Of a stretch of DNA of 64,000 nt, positions 55,220 through 64,000 are shown in pieces. Position numbers and translations under genes: made by a program. Origin of the DNA: Candidatus Hebobacterum abditum (lineage in GTDB: Bacteria; Armatimonadota; Hebobacteria; Hebobacterales; Hebobacteraceae); the NCBI GenBank assembly GCA_029821875.1, contig JALGXW010000027.1:6175-70174 (forward strand), written 5' to 3'. The notes under the pieces are model-generated. The model saw only the letters and a program-made list of their open reading frames with translations. It was not told the origin of the DNA and ran no database searches. Within the stretch, counting starts at the first letter, position 1; each line of letters starts with the position of its first letter.

Positions 55220-56590
55220 ATGAGCCGGTCCACGCGAGCGCGCCGCGGTTCCATGCCGCGGCTTCTTCTGTCTGTGATAGCCTGCTTCTGCGTGGCCCTG
55301 TGCAGCGGTGCCTCAGCGCTTGCCGCGCGCACGGTGACGGCCGTCGAGGTGAGAAGCGAGGCCCACGGCGCCGTAGTAGCCATCTCGACGGCCGAGGCCG
55401 GCAAGCTGGAGCTCGATTCCTTCGTCCTCACCGAGCCACCGAGACTGGTGTTCGATCTCCCGAGTGCCATGCTCGACCCCGAGTTGCCGGATACGCTCCC
55501 CGTCGAGTCACTTCGCTTCAACCAGATCCGTCTTGGTCAGTTCAGCGTCGAGCCGGAGGTGGCACGGCTGGTCGTGGATCTGAGCCGCCGCGATCCGCCG
55601 GTTACCTGGGAGCTTCTGCCGGGAGACGGGGAATGTGAATCGCTCTTGTTGCTCCACGATCCAGAGGTCACGATGCTCGCCGAGCCTGTGGTCTCGCTCT
55701 CCGAGGGAGCGCTGCTGGTTCGCGTGCCGGGGGCGGGAGCGCTCGAGCGTTCCGTTGGCGAAGCGGACGATCCGCCCAGGATATACCTTGACCTGACTGG
55801 CGGAGCCGTAGGGGAGGGGCTGGAAGTCGACTGCATACAGGAGCCACTGCGCCAGATTCGCTCGGGCCAGCAGGAACCGGTTGAGGGCCGCCCGGTCGCG
55901 CGGATCGTGCTCGAATTCGGCACTCGGCAGGCCTATGCCGTCTTCTCAGAAGAGGCCGACTTAGTGATCGCGGCCGGCCCTCATGCCTGGGCTCTGCCGC
56001 TGCCCAAGTACGAGGGCACCGGCAAGCTCCGCCGGAAGAAGATCGTTCTTGACCCAGGGCACGGAGGCGACGACATCGGCGCGCCCGCGGCATTCGGCTC
56101 GCCGCCCGGCGGCCCCTACGAGAAGGATATCGTGCTCGACATCGGACATCGGCTCGCCCGGCTTCTGGAGACGGAGGGCGCCCGCGTGACGATGACCCGG
56201 AAAGACGACAGCTACATCTCGCTCCACGAGAGAGCCGCCATCCCGAACCGGCTGAGGGCGGACGCGCTCGTCAGCATTCACTGCAATTCCTATGACCGCC
56301 CGAACACGCTCTGCGGAACCAGCGTCTACTACGATCATCGCCACAGCATACGCTTCGCAGAACTGGTCCACGAAGAGCTCATAGCAGCACTGGGCACGGA
56401 AAGCAAGGGTGTGCGGAACGCCAACTACGCGGTCATTCGCCGGGCGAAGGTCCCGGGCGTTCTCGTCGAGACCGCCTACATCAACCACGACGAAGATCGG
56501 GAGCGGCTCGTCCATCCCAACTTCCGCGAGCGAGCGGCCCGGGCGATACTGCAGGGGCTGATTCGCTTCCTGTGCGGGGAGTCTGGCTGA
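55220..56590 (+). CDS. N-acetylmuramoyl-L-alanine amidase (Amidase_3) with AMIN domains
   Basis: Signal peptide; PPRLVFDL and PPRIYLDL (AMIN); VLDPGHGG, EK, SIHCN, LVETAY. Confidence 0.92.
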   Translation: MSRSTRARRGSMPRLLLSVIACFCVALCSGASALAARTVTAVEVRSEAHGAVVAISTAEAGKLELDSFVLTEPPRLVFDLPSAMLDPELPDTLPVESLRFNQIRLGQFSVEPEVARLVVDLSRRDPPVTWELLPGDGECESLLLLHDPEVTMLAEPVVSLSEGALLVRVPGAGALERSVGEADDPPRIYLDLTGGAVGEGLEVDCIQEPLRQIRSGQQEPVEGRPVARIVLEFGTRQAYAVFSEEADLVIAAGPHAWALPLPKYEGTGKLRRKKIVLDPGHGGDDIGAPAAFGSPPGGPYEKDIVLDIGHRLARLLETEGARVTMTRKDDSYISLHERAAIPNRLRADALVSIHCNSYDRPNTLCGTSVYYDHRHSIRFAELVHEELIAALGTESKGVRNANYAVIRRAKVPGVLVETAYINHDEDRERLVHPNFRERAARAILQGLIRFLCGESG

Positions 56591-56601
56591 GGGGGCATAG
56601 C

Positions 56602-57204
56602 GTGAGTGGCCCGCGCAGGGAACTCTCAGCCTACCGTGTCGGGCTGGCTCTGCTCGCCGCCGCCGTCCTCGTGCTGGGCATGGCTCTCTGGCGAATCTAC
56701 CCCGAGTATCGCAGCCTGAAGGCGGAGAAGCCCGTCGCTCCCGCTCCCGCCGACAAGACCGAACGGACTGAGGCGAGCAAGCCCGTCGTCGCGCAGCTCT
56801 ACTTCGCTCGCGTGGTGGATGGCAAGCAGCGGATGGTCGCGATCTCGCGGGAGCTGCCGCCCGGACTCGGTGTGGCGCGCTCAACGCTGGAGGAGCTGCT
56901 GCGCGGGGAAGTCCCGCGAGGGTGTGATCGGCCGCTGCCGCCCGGCACGGAGCTGCTTGGCATCAGTATCGAGGAGGAAGTGGCCACGCTCGACTTCAGT
57001 GGCGAACTGCGCGAGGGGTTCAGAGGCGGCTCCGACAACGAGCAAGTGACGGTCTACTCAATCGTCAACACACTCACGTCGCTGCCCACCATCGAGCGCG
57101 TCCGCATCCTGGTGGAAGGCCGAAGCATCAACACGCTCGGCGGCCATCACGACATCAGCAGGCCGCTCGCCTTCGACGATGAGCTCGTCGCGCCGCACTC
57201 CTGA
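56602..57204 (+). CDS. GerMN-domain protein
   Basis: N-terminal TM; LYF, LEELLRG, LDFS, YSIVNTLT...V.ILVEG. Confidence 0.85.
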   Translation: MSGPRRELSAYRVGLALLAAAVLVLGMALWRIYPEYRSLKAEKPVAPAPADKTERTEASKPVVAQLYFARVVDGKQRMVAISRELPPGLGVARSTLEELLRGEVPRGCDRPLPPGTELLGISIEEEVATLDFSGELREGFRGGSDNEQVTVYSIVNTLTSLPTIERVRILVEGRSINTLGGHHDISRPLAFDDELVAPHS

Positions 57205-57222
57205 CCTGCCGGGCCGGGCAGG

Positions 57223-58545
57223 TCACGCCTCGCCGCTAGCCACGCGTGCCGAGGCCACGCGGATCGTGGGCAGCACCATCCCCGGTTCTTTCCGGTAGTC
57301 CGAGGAGATGGCGTCGATGCGGGCGAGCATCTCGAGCGCATGACCTGCCACCATCGTGTTCTGGAGTGGATAGGTCAGCTCCCCCTTCTCGATCTTGAAC
57401 CCCGCGTCCACCAGAGCGGATATCTGGCCGGAGGCAGTGTCGGGTGATGGGTTTCCGAGAACGACGTAGATGCCCTCCTCCACTTCGCCAATCAACTCCG
57501 CAGCGGCCCTCCCCCCGAGTTTCGGGCGGATGTTGGTGGGGGCAATTCCAACGCGAGTGGCGTGGCCGGTGTTATGCTCCCCCGACTTGTTCGCGGTGTA
57601 GTGACTGTGCAGGTATGTCTTGAGGATCCCGCCGTCCACGAGTGTCACCTGCTTGTGCGGAAAGCCGTCGCCGTCGAATGGGGATGACGATAGTCCGCCC
57701 GGGATCAGAGGATCATCAACCAGCGTGAGGTGCTCGGAGGCGATTCTGTCGCCTCGCCTCCCGACCAGGAAGGATCGCTTGCGCTGGACATCCTCCGCGC
57801 TGGCCGCCCCGCAGAGCCCGAGAATGAGGCCGCGACCGGCCAGCGGGCCGAAGATGACGGGAAGCGTAGCAGTCCGGATCGGCCGGCTCCTCAAGTACCT
57901 GGCAGCCTCGGCGGCGGCGCGTGCACCCAGTTCACCAGGCTCCAGGTCCTTCAAGCGGCGGGCGGCATCCCACTCGTAGAAGGACCCCACGTCCCCGTTG
58001 CGCCTGATGACGACCTGCACGGACACGGAAGCGTGGGTAGCCTGCTCCGTAGCCTTAACGCCTAGGGAGTTGACAAGCGCCGCCTGCCGCCAGCTCGATT
58101 CCGCCCAGCCGCTCACAATGGCATCAGACGCGAATGAGAGTGCAGAGTCGATGTTCTGGGTTATCCAGGAGGCGACTTCAGGAGCGCTGAGCGAGGCCAC
58201 CTTCTCGTCATAGAGCCCGGCCACCTCCGGGTAGGATGCCGGGCCGACAAGGGACACGAAATCCGGGTCGGGCTCTGCGCCCTTGGCAAGCTCGGCCGCC
58301 TTCAGCCCGGCCTCCTCCGCGTTCGCCTCCGAAGTGGCGGAGACGCTCCACCACCCGGTCCCGCCCGAGACGAAGGCGCGAACCGACACAGACGCTGTGC
58401 TCCGCGCCTCGGTCGAGTCGACAGCATTCTTCTCCACCGACACCGATAGGTCCCGGCCCCTCTCGACCAAGACATCCGCGAACTCCGCGCCGGCCTTGAC
58501 CGCTCTGTCGCACGCGATCTCAGCGGTTCTCAGCAGATCATCCAT
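57223..58545 (-). CDS. pmbA: PmbA/TldE family protein
   Basis: DDP, FDGDG, TGHA, IEKGE; no HExxH; follows tldD. Confidence 0.85.
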   Translation of the reverse strand: MDDLLRTAEIACDRAVKAGAEFADVLVERGRDLSVSVEKNAVDSTEARSTASVSVRAFVSGGTGWWSVSATSEANAEEAGLKAAELAKGAEPDPDFVSLVGPASYPEVAGLYDEKVASLSAPEVASWITQNIDSALSFASDAIVSGWAESSWRQAALVNSLGVKATEQATHASVSVQVVIRRNGDVGSFYEWDAARRLKDLEPGELGARAAAEAARYLRSRPIRTATLPVIFGPLAGRGLILGLCGAASAEDVQRKRSFLVGRRGDRIASEHLTLVDDPLIPGGLSSSPFDGDGFPHKQVTLVDGGILKTYLHSHYTANKSGEHNTGHATRVGIAPTNIRPKLGGRAAAELIGEVEEGIYVVLGNPSPDTASGQISALVDAGFKIEKGELTYPLQNTMVAGHALEMLARIDAISSDYRKEPGMVLPTIRVASARVASGEA

Positions 58546-58557
58546 AAGATGCTCCAC

Positions 58558-59970
58558 TCACGCCTGGCCCCCGACGACGATCTCGCGGACCTTTATGTAC
58601 GGCCCCCCACCGTTGACGGGCATCCCCTGGCCGTTCTTGCCGCAGTTGCCCGGCATGTCCAGCTCGAAGTCGCGACTGACCGCCAACGCGTTCGCGAGCG
58701 TCGCCAGCACCAGGCCGGACACTGACACGTCTCTGACTTGCTCCGCGAGCTGTCCGTTGCGCACCATGATGCCTTCGCCCGCGTGGCACGTGTATTGCCC
58801 CTTTTCGCACCAGACGTAGCCCCACTGCCCGGCCTGTAGGAGAACACCCAGATCGATATCGCGGATCAGCTCTCCCAGCGATGACTCGCCGGGCAAGATC
58901 ATCGTGTTGCTCATGCGGACGATCGGTCGGTGAGAGAATCCGTCGGCGCGAGCAGAGCCCGTCGGCTCGACCCCCATCTTGCCCGCCGTCTCCAGTGAGT
59001 GCAGGAACCCCTTCAGCACGCCCTTCTCCACCAGCACCCGACGCCGGCCGGGCGTTCCCTCGGAGTCGTAGTGATAGGAACCCCAGGAGCCAGGCACATC
59101 TGAGTCGTCCACCACGGTTATGCAGTCGGCGGCAACCTGGGATCCGAGCTTCCCCTCGAGGATGGACTGGCCGGCCAGGACGTGGTCGGCCTCTATGTTA
59201 TGTCCCAGTGCCTCGTGCACAAGCAGCCCGGCGATCGAAGGGTGGAAGACGGCCGGGAAGTTCCCGGCGGGAGCTGGCGGCGCCGACAGCAGCGACACCG
59301 CCCGGTCGGCCGCCTTCACGCTCAACTCCTGCGCGGGGGTGCGCTCCACGATCTCGAAACCGGCCTGTCCGGCGCGGGTCTCGCGGCTCCGCTGTCGCAG
59401 ATCGCCATCTTGCGCGGTAATCGCATGCCAGACGAGAGTCCTCACGGTCTCGGAGGAGACAAGCGTGCCGCGAGTGTTGCACACGATCTCCACCTGCCGG
59501 GCGTCGTTGTACCCAGTCATGAGGTTGGCGACCGAGTCCCCGGCGCGCTTCGCCGACGCTTCTTCGTACCCGCGTACGGCGGCCAGCTTCCGGTCGAGGG
59601 AAACGCCGGTCGGGTCGATGTCGAAGCTCGTCGTGGTGTCATCGGTCACCGCCTCGGCCTCCGGGAGAACGACGGGCTCTTCCAACCGAGAGGCCGTGAC
59701 CCTGGCCATGTCGAGCGCATCGCCGAGACTCGACAGCCAGTCGGACTCGGAGAGGGATTCGGTGCTGCCAAACCCCCAGGCCCCGGCCGACAGGACGCGC
59801 ACTCCCATCCCGGCGCGTCTACCGGCCCCCACGCGGTCAGCGCGACCGTCCTGCAGCATCAGGCCACTATGGTTCGCGGCCGCGTACCGGACCTCAGCGA
59901 ACTCGACCTCCCTGCGGAGGGCCTCGTCGCGGACACGTTCGAGTTGCTTCTTGGCAAGGTCAGTGTTCAT
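58558..59970 (-). CDS. tldD: TldD metalloprotease
   Basis: HEALGH, YDSEG, PIVRMSNT, CGKNGQ. Confidence 0.9.
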   Translation of the reverse strand: MNTDLAKKQLERVRDEALRREVEFAEVRYAAANHSGLMLQDGRADRVGAGRRAGMGVRVLSAGAWGFGSTESLSESDWLSSLGDALDMARVTASRLEEPVVLPEAEAVTDDTTTSFDIDPTGVSLDRKLAAVRGYEEASAKRAGDSVANLMTGYNDARQVEIVCNTRGTLVSSETVRTLVWHAITAQDGDLRQRSRETRAGQAGFEIVERTPAQELSVKAADRAVSLLSAPPAPAGNFPAVFHPSIAGLLVHEALGHNIEADHVLAGQSILEGKLGSQVAADCITVVDDSDVPGSWGSYHYDSEGTPGRRRVLVEKGVLKGFLHSLETAGKMGVEPTGSARADGFSHRPIVRMSNTMILPGESSLGELIRDIDLGVLLQAGQWGYVWCEKGQYTCHAGEGIMVRNGQLAEQVRDVSVSGLVLATLANALAVSRDFELDMPGNCGKNGQGMPVNGGGPYIKVREIVVGGQA

Positions 59971-60089
59971 CTGCGCGCCCCGACGAGTACTACTGCGCCC
60001 GACGGCGCTTTCCCTACCTCTCGGAGTTCGGGTAACATAGGGCTGAAGGCATAGGAGGGATACTAGGTGCGGTATATCCATCTTGGAGG

Positions 60090-60824
60090 ATGGCCATGCG
60101 TCTCATTCAAGTCATGCTGCTGTTGATCTCTCTGTGCCTCGTGGGTGGCTGCGAGAACCCGCTGGAGATCGATCGAGAGACGGAGATCGAGATCGGGCGC
60201 CAGGGCGCGGCCGACATCGAGGCCAAGTACGGCGTAGTCAAGAACGCCGAGATGCAGCAGAGACTCGACTCGATCGGGCCGCGCGTGGCCGCCGTCTCGC
60301 AGGACCCGTCGCTCCCCTGGACCTTCAAGATACTCAACACGAATGAGGTGAACGCGGCTGCGCTTCCCGGCGGGTTCATCTACGCCACGAAGGGGATGAT
60401 GCAGTATGTCAAGAACGATGACCAGCTCGCTGGGGTGATGGCACATGAGGTTGTGCACGCGGACCACCACCACGCCAAGTCGGCCATTGAGGAGCACATG
60501 ACGCAGGCCCTGCTCGTGGAGTTGATCACGCAGAAGAGTTCGGACTCGATCCGCCAGGCCGCCGCCATCGCCCTCGACCTCGACCTGCGGCAGGGGTACC
60601 GCGAGAAGGAGTACGAGGCAGATCGGTTCGGCACCGAGTACGCGTTTCGAGCCGGCTATCGAGCGAATGGGCTGCGCGATCTCCTCGAGTCGATGCACGA
60701 GGATGAGGGCGACCCAGCGCGCATCACCTGGCTCCTCCAAAGTCACCCGCCGCTGTCAAAGCGCATTCAACGGCTGAACGAGCACATCCCGACACTGACA
60801 GGGAAGCCCGTGGCGGGCACCTGA
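60090..60824 (+). CDS. M48 family metallopeptidase lipoprotein
   Basis: Lipobox LVGGC; NAAALPGG, HEVVH, EYEAD, SHP. Confidence 0.9.
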   Translation: MAMRLIQVMLLLISLCLVGGCENPLEIDRETEIEIGRQGAADIEAKYGVVKNAEMQQRLDSIGPRVAAVSQDPSLPWTFKILNTNEVNAAALPGGFIYATKGMMQYVKNDDQLAGVMAHEVVHADHHHAKSAIEEHMTQALLVELITQKSSDSIRQAAAIALDLDLRQGYREKEYEADRFGTEYAFRAGYRANGLRDLLESMHEDEGDPARITWLLQSHPPLSKRIQRLNEHIPTLTGKPVAGT

Positions 60825-60826
60825 GC

Positions 60827-61036
60827 CTACGTGTGTCCGGCCTCCTCCTCGTGTTCGACCTCCTGACTGCGCTCTATGAAGGCAGTCTCTCGCTGCCATC
60901 CCTGCATGGGGTAGAACTCGACGGGCTTCGAACCTCGGTAGCACACGATGCCAGCCGTACCGTTCTCGAGCGATACGTAGAGCGTCTTGGGGGAGCATGC
61001 CGTCTCCCTGAGCTCAATGCTGGCCGCCTTCGCCAG
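60827..61036 (-). CDS. Possible small hypothetical protein
   Basis: Protein-like stretch AKAASIELRETACSPKTLYVSLENGTAGIVCYRG..VEFYP downstream of GGAGGAG; no clean start codon. Confidence 0.3.
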   Translation of the reverse strand: MAKAASIELRETACSPKTLYVSLENGTAGIVCYRGSKPVEFYPMQGWQRETAFIERSQEVEHEEEAGHT

Positions 61037-61162
61037 CCGGACACCGCTCCTCCATGAGGAGACACAGCAAAGCGCCGCGGAGCACGGCTCCACGGCGCCA
61101 GAACATCCGCCCGGATGTTTGCCGGGTCGGATCCTGCCTACACTCCGTTGGGGCGCTCTGCT

Positions 61163-61456
61163 CTACAGAGCTGTGGCTGCGACGACCTTGTCGCCCTCCT
61201 TCAGCCGGATGCCGCGGACGCCCTGGGCGCCCCGGCCCATGCTCCGCAGGTCGCTGGCCGCAAACTTGATAGCGGTGCCACCGGCGGTCACGACCATCAC
61301 GCTCTGCTCCGTCGCCAGCTTGACCGCAGCCACCACCCGGTCACCGGGTGCGACCCCCATAGCAGTGATCCCGCCCCCTCCGCGGCCCTGCTGACGGAAC
61401 TCGTCGGCAGAGGTCCGCTTGACCATGCCGTTCGCCGTCACGATCACGACGTCCAT
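61163..61456 (-). CDS. Stand-alone DNA gyrase A C-terminal beta-pinwheel repeat protein (two blades)
   Basis: VVIVTANGMVKRTSADEFRQQGRGGGG..AM...GDRVV and VMVVTAGGTAIKF..SDLRSMGRGAQGVRGIRLKEGDKVV; AAGGAGG RBS at 61472-61466. Confidence 0.88.
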   Translation of the reverse strand: MDVVIVTANGMVKRTSADEFRQQGRGGGGITAMGVAPGDRVVAAVKLATEQSVMVVTAGGTAIKFAASDLRSMGRGAQGVRGIRLKEGDKVVAATAL

Positions 61457-61802
61457 TTTCGCACGCCTCCTTTTCGGGGTCTTCTGCCCCCTGTGTTCCG
61501 CAGAGAAGCTACCACACGGCTCCAGAACGTTCTAACGCCGATTTCGACGTATTTCGGCTCAGAAGGGCGTTTCCAGGGCGCCTCAGCGTTCGAACGCCCG
61601 CGGCGCTGGCTCCGCGCTCTGACGGCAGAACGGGAAGCAGGTTCGAGCCTGGATGCGCTCGGGGAGCAGGGCCTCCGGCGGCCCGTTTCTCCAGAACGCC
61701 CCCAGAACGCCCTCAGAGCGCTTCTTCGACTTCTTCCGCAGGTGCGGCCGATCCCGACGAAGAAGCACAGCGGCATCAACAGCAGCCTCAGGAGCAGCCC
61801 AA

Positions 61803-62378
61803 ATGACCTCCAGACGGGGAGAGCGGTACGTGGGCCCCTACGAAGTACTGATGTCGCGCCCGGTCTATGAGAATCCCTGGATTCGGGTCCGGGAGGACCA
61901 GGTCAGGCACAGATCCGGTGAGGAGGCGACGTATGGTGTCGTGGCCATGAAACCGGGCGTCACCGTCCTTCCGATGGAGGATGACGGTAGCGTCCACCTC
62001 GTCAGGGAGTTCAAGTACGCTGTGGGGCAGTCGACCTTGGAAGCCGTGAGCGGGGCCATCGAGTCCGGCGAGACGCCCGAACAGGCCGGCCTGCGTGAGA
62101 TCGGGGAGGAGGTCGGCCTGGTCGCCTCGGAATGGGTCGATATGGGGCTGGTCCACCCGTTCACGACCGTGGTCCATTCGGCCAATCACATGTTCCTCGC
62201 CCGGAAGCTCTCCAGGATCCGCCGGCACACGCAGACCCAGGAGGAGATCCAGGCCGTGAAGATGCCGTTCGAGGAAGCCCTGGAGGCAGTGCTGAAGGGG
62301 GAGATAGTCCACGGCGCGTCGTGTGTGCTGGTTCTGAAGACGCACCTGTACCTGAGTGGTTCTCCGCGTAGGCAGTAG
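61803..62378 (+). CDS. Nudix hydrolase (ADP-ribose pyrophosphatase-like)
   Basis: VYENPWIRVRED; Nudix box GAIESGETPEQAGLREIGEEVG. Confidence 0.9.
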   Translation: MTSRRGERYVGPYEVLMSRPVYENPWIRVREDQVRHRSGEEATYGVVAMKPGVTVLPMEDDGSVHLVREFKYAVGQSTLEAVSGAIESGETPEQAGLREIGEEVGLVASEWVDMGLVHPFTTVVHSANHMFLARKLSRIRRHTQTQEEIQAVKMPFEEALEAVLKGEIVHGASCVLVLKTHLYLSGSPRRQ

Positions 62379-62407
62379 AGGGAGTGCGCCGGCGGGTGCC
62401 TGGCGTG

Positions 62408-62995
62408 CTAGGAGCCGCGGAGGCCGGTCTGCCGTGCGAGCGCCGCGCCCCGCGCCAGAGCCTCGCGGTTGACGTCGAGGAGGTGCTCCCGGGATCTGCC
62501 GGCGACAGACCGAGCGGCATGCAATCGGACGGCGTCCACTACGCTATCGGACGCCACCACCGGCCGGATTTCGAGGAAGGCCCCCAACATGATGACGTTG
62601 GCGACTCTGGCATCGCCGAGGTCCTCGGCGACTTCGTTCGCCGGCACTTCGAGGAGACTGAAGGAATCCAGGCTCGGCGGCGCCTTCACCAGGGAGCTAT
62701 TCAGCACGAGCAGGCCATCGGGTTTCATGCGAGAGCTGAACTCCTGTAGGGAGGCGGCGTCCATTATCAGCAGCGAATCGGCCTGGGAGACTTCGGGAGA
62801 GCCGATGCGGCGAGAGGACACGATGATCGTGCAGTGCACGGGCCCGCCTCGCATCTCGGGGCCGTAGGAGGGCGCCCACACCACCTCTCTCCCCTCGGCG
62901 AGCGCGGCACTCGCAAGCAGGTTGCCGGCCAGGACCACTCCCTGGCCGCCGAATCCCGCGATGAGGATCTCGTGGTACATGGGACCGCCGCTCAC
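62408..62995 (-). CDS. 2-oxoacid:acceptor oxidoreductase gamma subunit
   Basis: AGFGGQG, PSYGPEMRGG, NVIMLGA. Confidence 0.92.
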   Translation of the reverse strand: MSGGPMYHEILIAGFGGQGVVLAGNLLASAALAEGREVVWAPSYGPEMRGGPVHCTIIVSSRRIGSPEVSQADSLLIMDAASLQEFSSRMKPDGLLVLNSSLVKAPPSLDSFSLLEVPANEVAEDLGDARVANVIMLGAFLEIRPVVASDSVVDAVRLHAARSVAGRSREHLLDVNREALARGAALARQTGLRGS

Positions 62996-63765
62996 GTGCT
63001 GCCTCGGAGGTCCTCAGACACGACAAACTCCCTCAAGGGGTAGTAGGGCACCATGTGCTCTTCGAGCCAGTCGAGGGCGTCCTGGGGCCGCATGCCCCAG
63101 CGTGTGGGACACGTGGACAGCACCTCCACGAGCGCGAATCCCAATCCTTTGAGTTGCGCCTGAAACGCCTTGCGGATCCCCTGCTTCGACTCCCGCACCC
63201 GGCGGGGGTCGGTCACGGCGACTCGCGCCAGATAAGCCGGTCCATCGAGAGCAGCGAGCAGCTCGCAGACGCGAATCGGATTGCCCGCCGCCTTTGCCTC
63301 GCGGCCGTAGGGAGTGGTGCTCGTCACCATGCCGGGCAGTGTCGTCGGGGCCATCTGTCCGCCGGTCATGCCGTAGACGGCGTTGTTGATGAAGACGATG
63401 CTGATGTTCTCCGCGCGGGCGGCGGCGTGAATCGTTTCGGCGATGCCGATGGAGGCCAGGTCGCCGTCGCCTTGGTAGGTGAACGTGAACAAGTCGGGTC
63501 GCACCCTCTTGACCCCGGTTGCGACGGCGGGTGCACGGCCGTGTGCCGCCTCGATCATATCGCAGGTGAAGTAGTTGTAGGCGAAAACGGCGCACCCAAC
63601 TGGAGCAACGCCCACGGCTCGCTCGGCCAGCTCGAGCTCGTCCATGACCTCCGCGACGAGGCGGTGCACGATGCCGTGCGTGCAGCCCGGGCAGTAGTGC
63701 ATGCGAACCGGCTCCAGGGCCTGAGGGCGGTGGAAGAGAGCTGATTCCTGCTTCTGGACTGCCAT
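62992..63765 (-). CDS. 2-oxoacid:ferredoxin oxidoreductase beta subunit (TPP-binding; VOR/KOR-type)
   Basis: YCPGCTHG, HGRA, QGDGDL...NNAVYGMTGGQ, CPT.W. Confidence 0.93.
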   Translation of the reverse strand: MAVQKQESALFHRPQALEPVRMHYCPGCTHGIVHRLVAEVMDELELAERAVGVAPVGCAVFAYNYFTCDMIEAAHGRAPAVATGVKRVRPDLFTFTYQGDGDLASIGIAETIHAAARAENISIVFINNAVYGMTGGQMAPTTLPGMVTSTTPYGREAKAAGNPIRVCELLAALDGPAYLARVAVTDPRRVRESKQGIRKAFQAQLKGLGFALVEVLSTCPTRWGMRPQDALDWLEEHMVPYYPLREFVVSEDLRGST

Positions 63766-63767
63766 CT

Positions 63768-64000
63768 CTACCCTCGGGTCTCGTCGACAAGCCGTCTCAG
63801 GGCCTCGACCACCTCGCGCGGTGTGATGACGACGCCGCCCGAACGTCCCAGGAGATGGACGGGACAGCGTCCGGCGACCGCCAGTCGGACGTCTTCCACG
63901 AACTGCCCGAGGCTGAGCTCTGCCACGAGGATCGCCTTGACGCGGTCGGCCAGGGAGGCGATCTCGCCTGCTGGGAAGGGATAGAGGCTGATCGGCCGCA
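63768..64000 (-). CDS. 2-oxoacid:ferredoxin oxidoreductase alpha subunit, C-terminal part
   Basis: Hand translation: RPISLYPFP...ILVAELSLGQFVEDVRLAV...GRSGGVVITP. Confidence 0.85.
   Translation of the reverse strand, partial: RPISLYPFPAGEIASLADRVKAILVAELSLGQFVEDVRLAVAGRCPVHLLGRSGGVVITPREVVEALRRLVDETRG

Noticed and set aside
54010-55521. Long N-terminal extensions of the TPR ORF, and likewise of ORFs 17801..19108, 43893..45128 and 52655..54013
   Set aside because: Extensions overlap neighbouring genes; internal starts with an RBS or coupled overlap fit better.
57223-59970. tldD/pmbA as part of a RiPP cluster
   Set aside because: No precursor peptide or modification enzymes nearby; looks like the ordinary housekeeping pair.

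Overview
A GC-rich bacterial chromosomal segment. The gene repertoire looks Armatimonadota-like, but that is inference only. Left end: a tRNA-Thr(TGT) gene (7872-7947) is duplicated on both sides. Its 5' half recurs 6.4 kb upstream (41-bp repeat, 1464-1504), bounding an island with blaI, an M56/HEAT-repeat sensor and a tyrosine recombinase. Its last 21 nt recur 361 bp downstream (8288-8308), bounding a tiny integrase-free unit made of hairpins, imperfect inverted repeats and a GIY-YIG nuclease. Next come a DUF2723/TMEM260-like gene, tRNA-Tyr, tRNA-Thr(GGT), nagA, and an orphan three-gene cassette (two membrane proteins plus a degenerate PRTase) with its own promoter. The centre (about 15-51 kb) is a large sugar/sugar-acid catabolic region: uxuB-like SDR, eda, kdgK, a PreA-PreT fusion, tandem Gfo/Idh/MocA genes, HAD, uxaE, a LarA-family epimerase, gnd, a GNAT/PHP/MDR/aldolase-SDR/AAC(3)/SDR operon, a sugar ABC transporter, AOR and putative glycoside hydrolases. 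The right end has an MqnP-like gene, an MTAP-like gene, an orphan DNA methylase, a TPR protein, amidase plus GerMN, tldD/pmbA, an M48 peptidase, a stand-alone two-blade GyrA-CTD protein, a Nudix hydrolase and 2-oxoacid:ferredoxin oxidoreductase subunits. No CRISPR array or rRNA was seen. All calls come from reading motifs by eye; no database searches were run.
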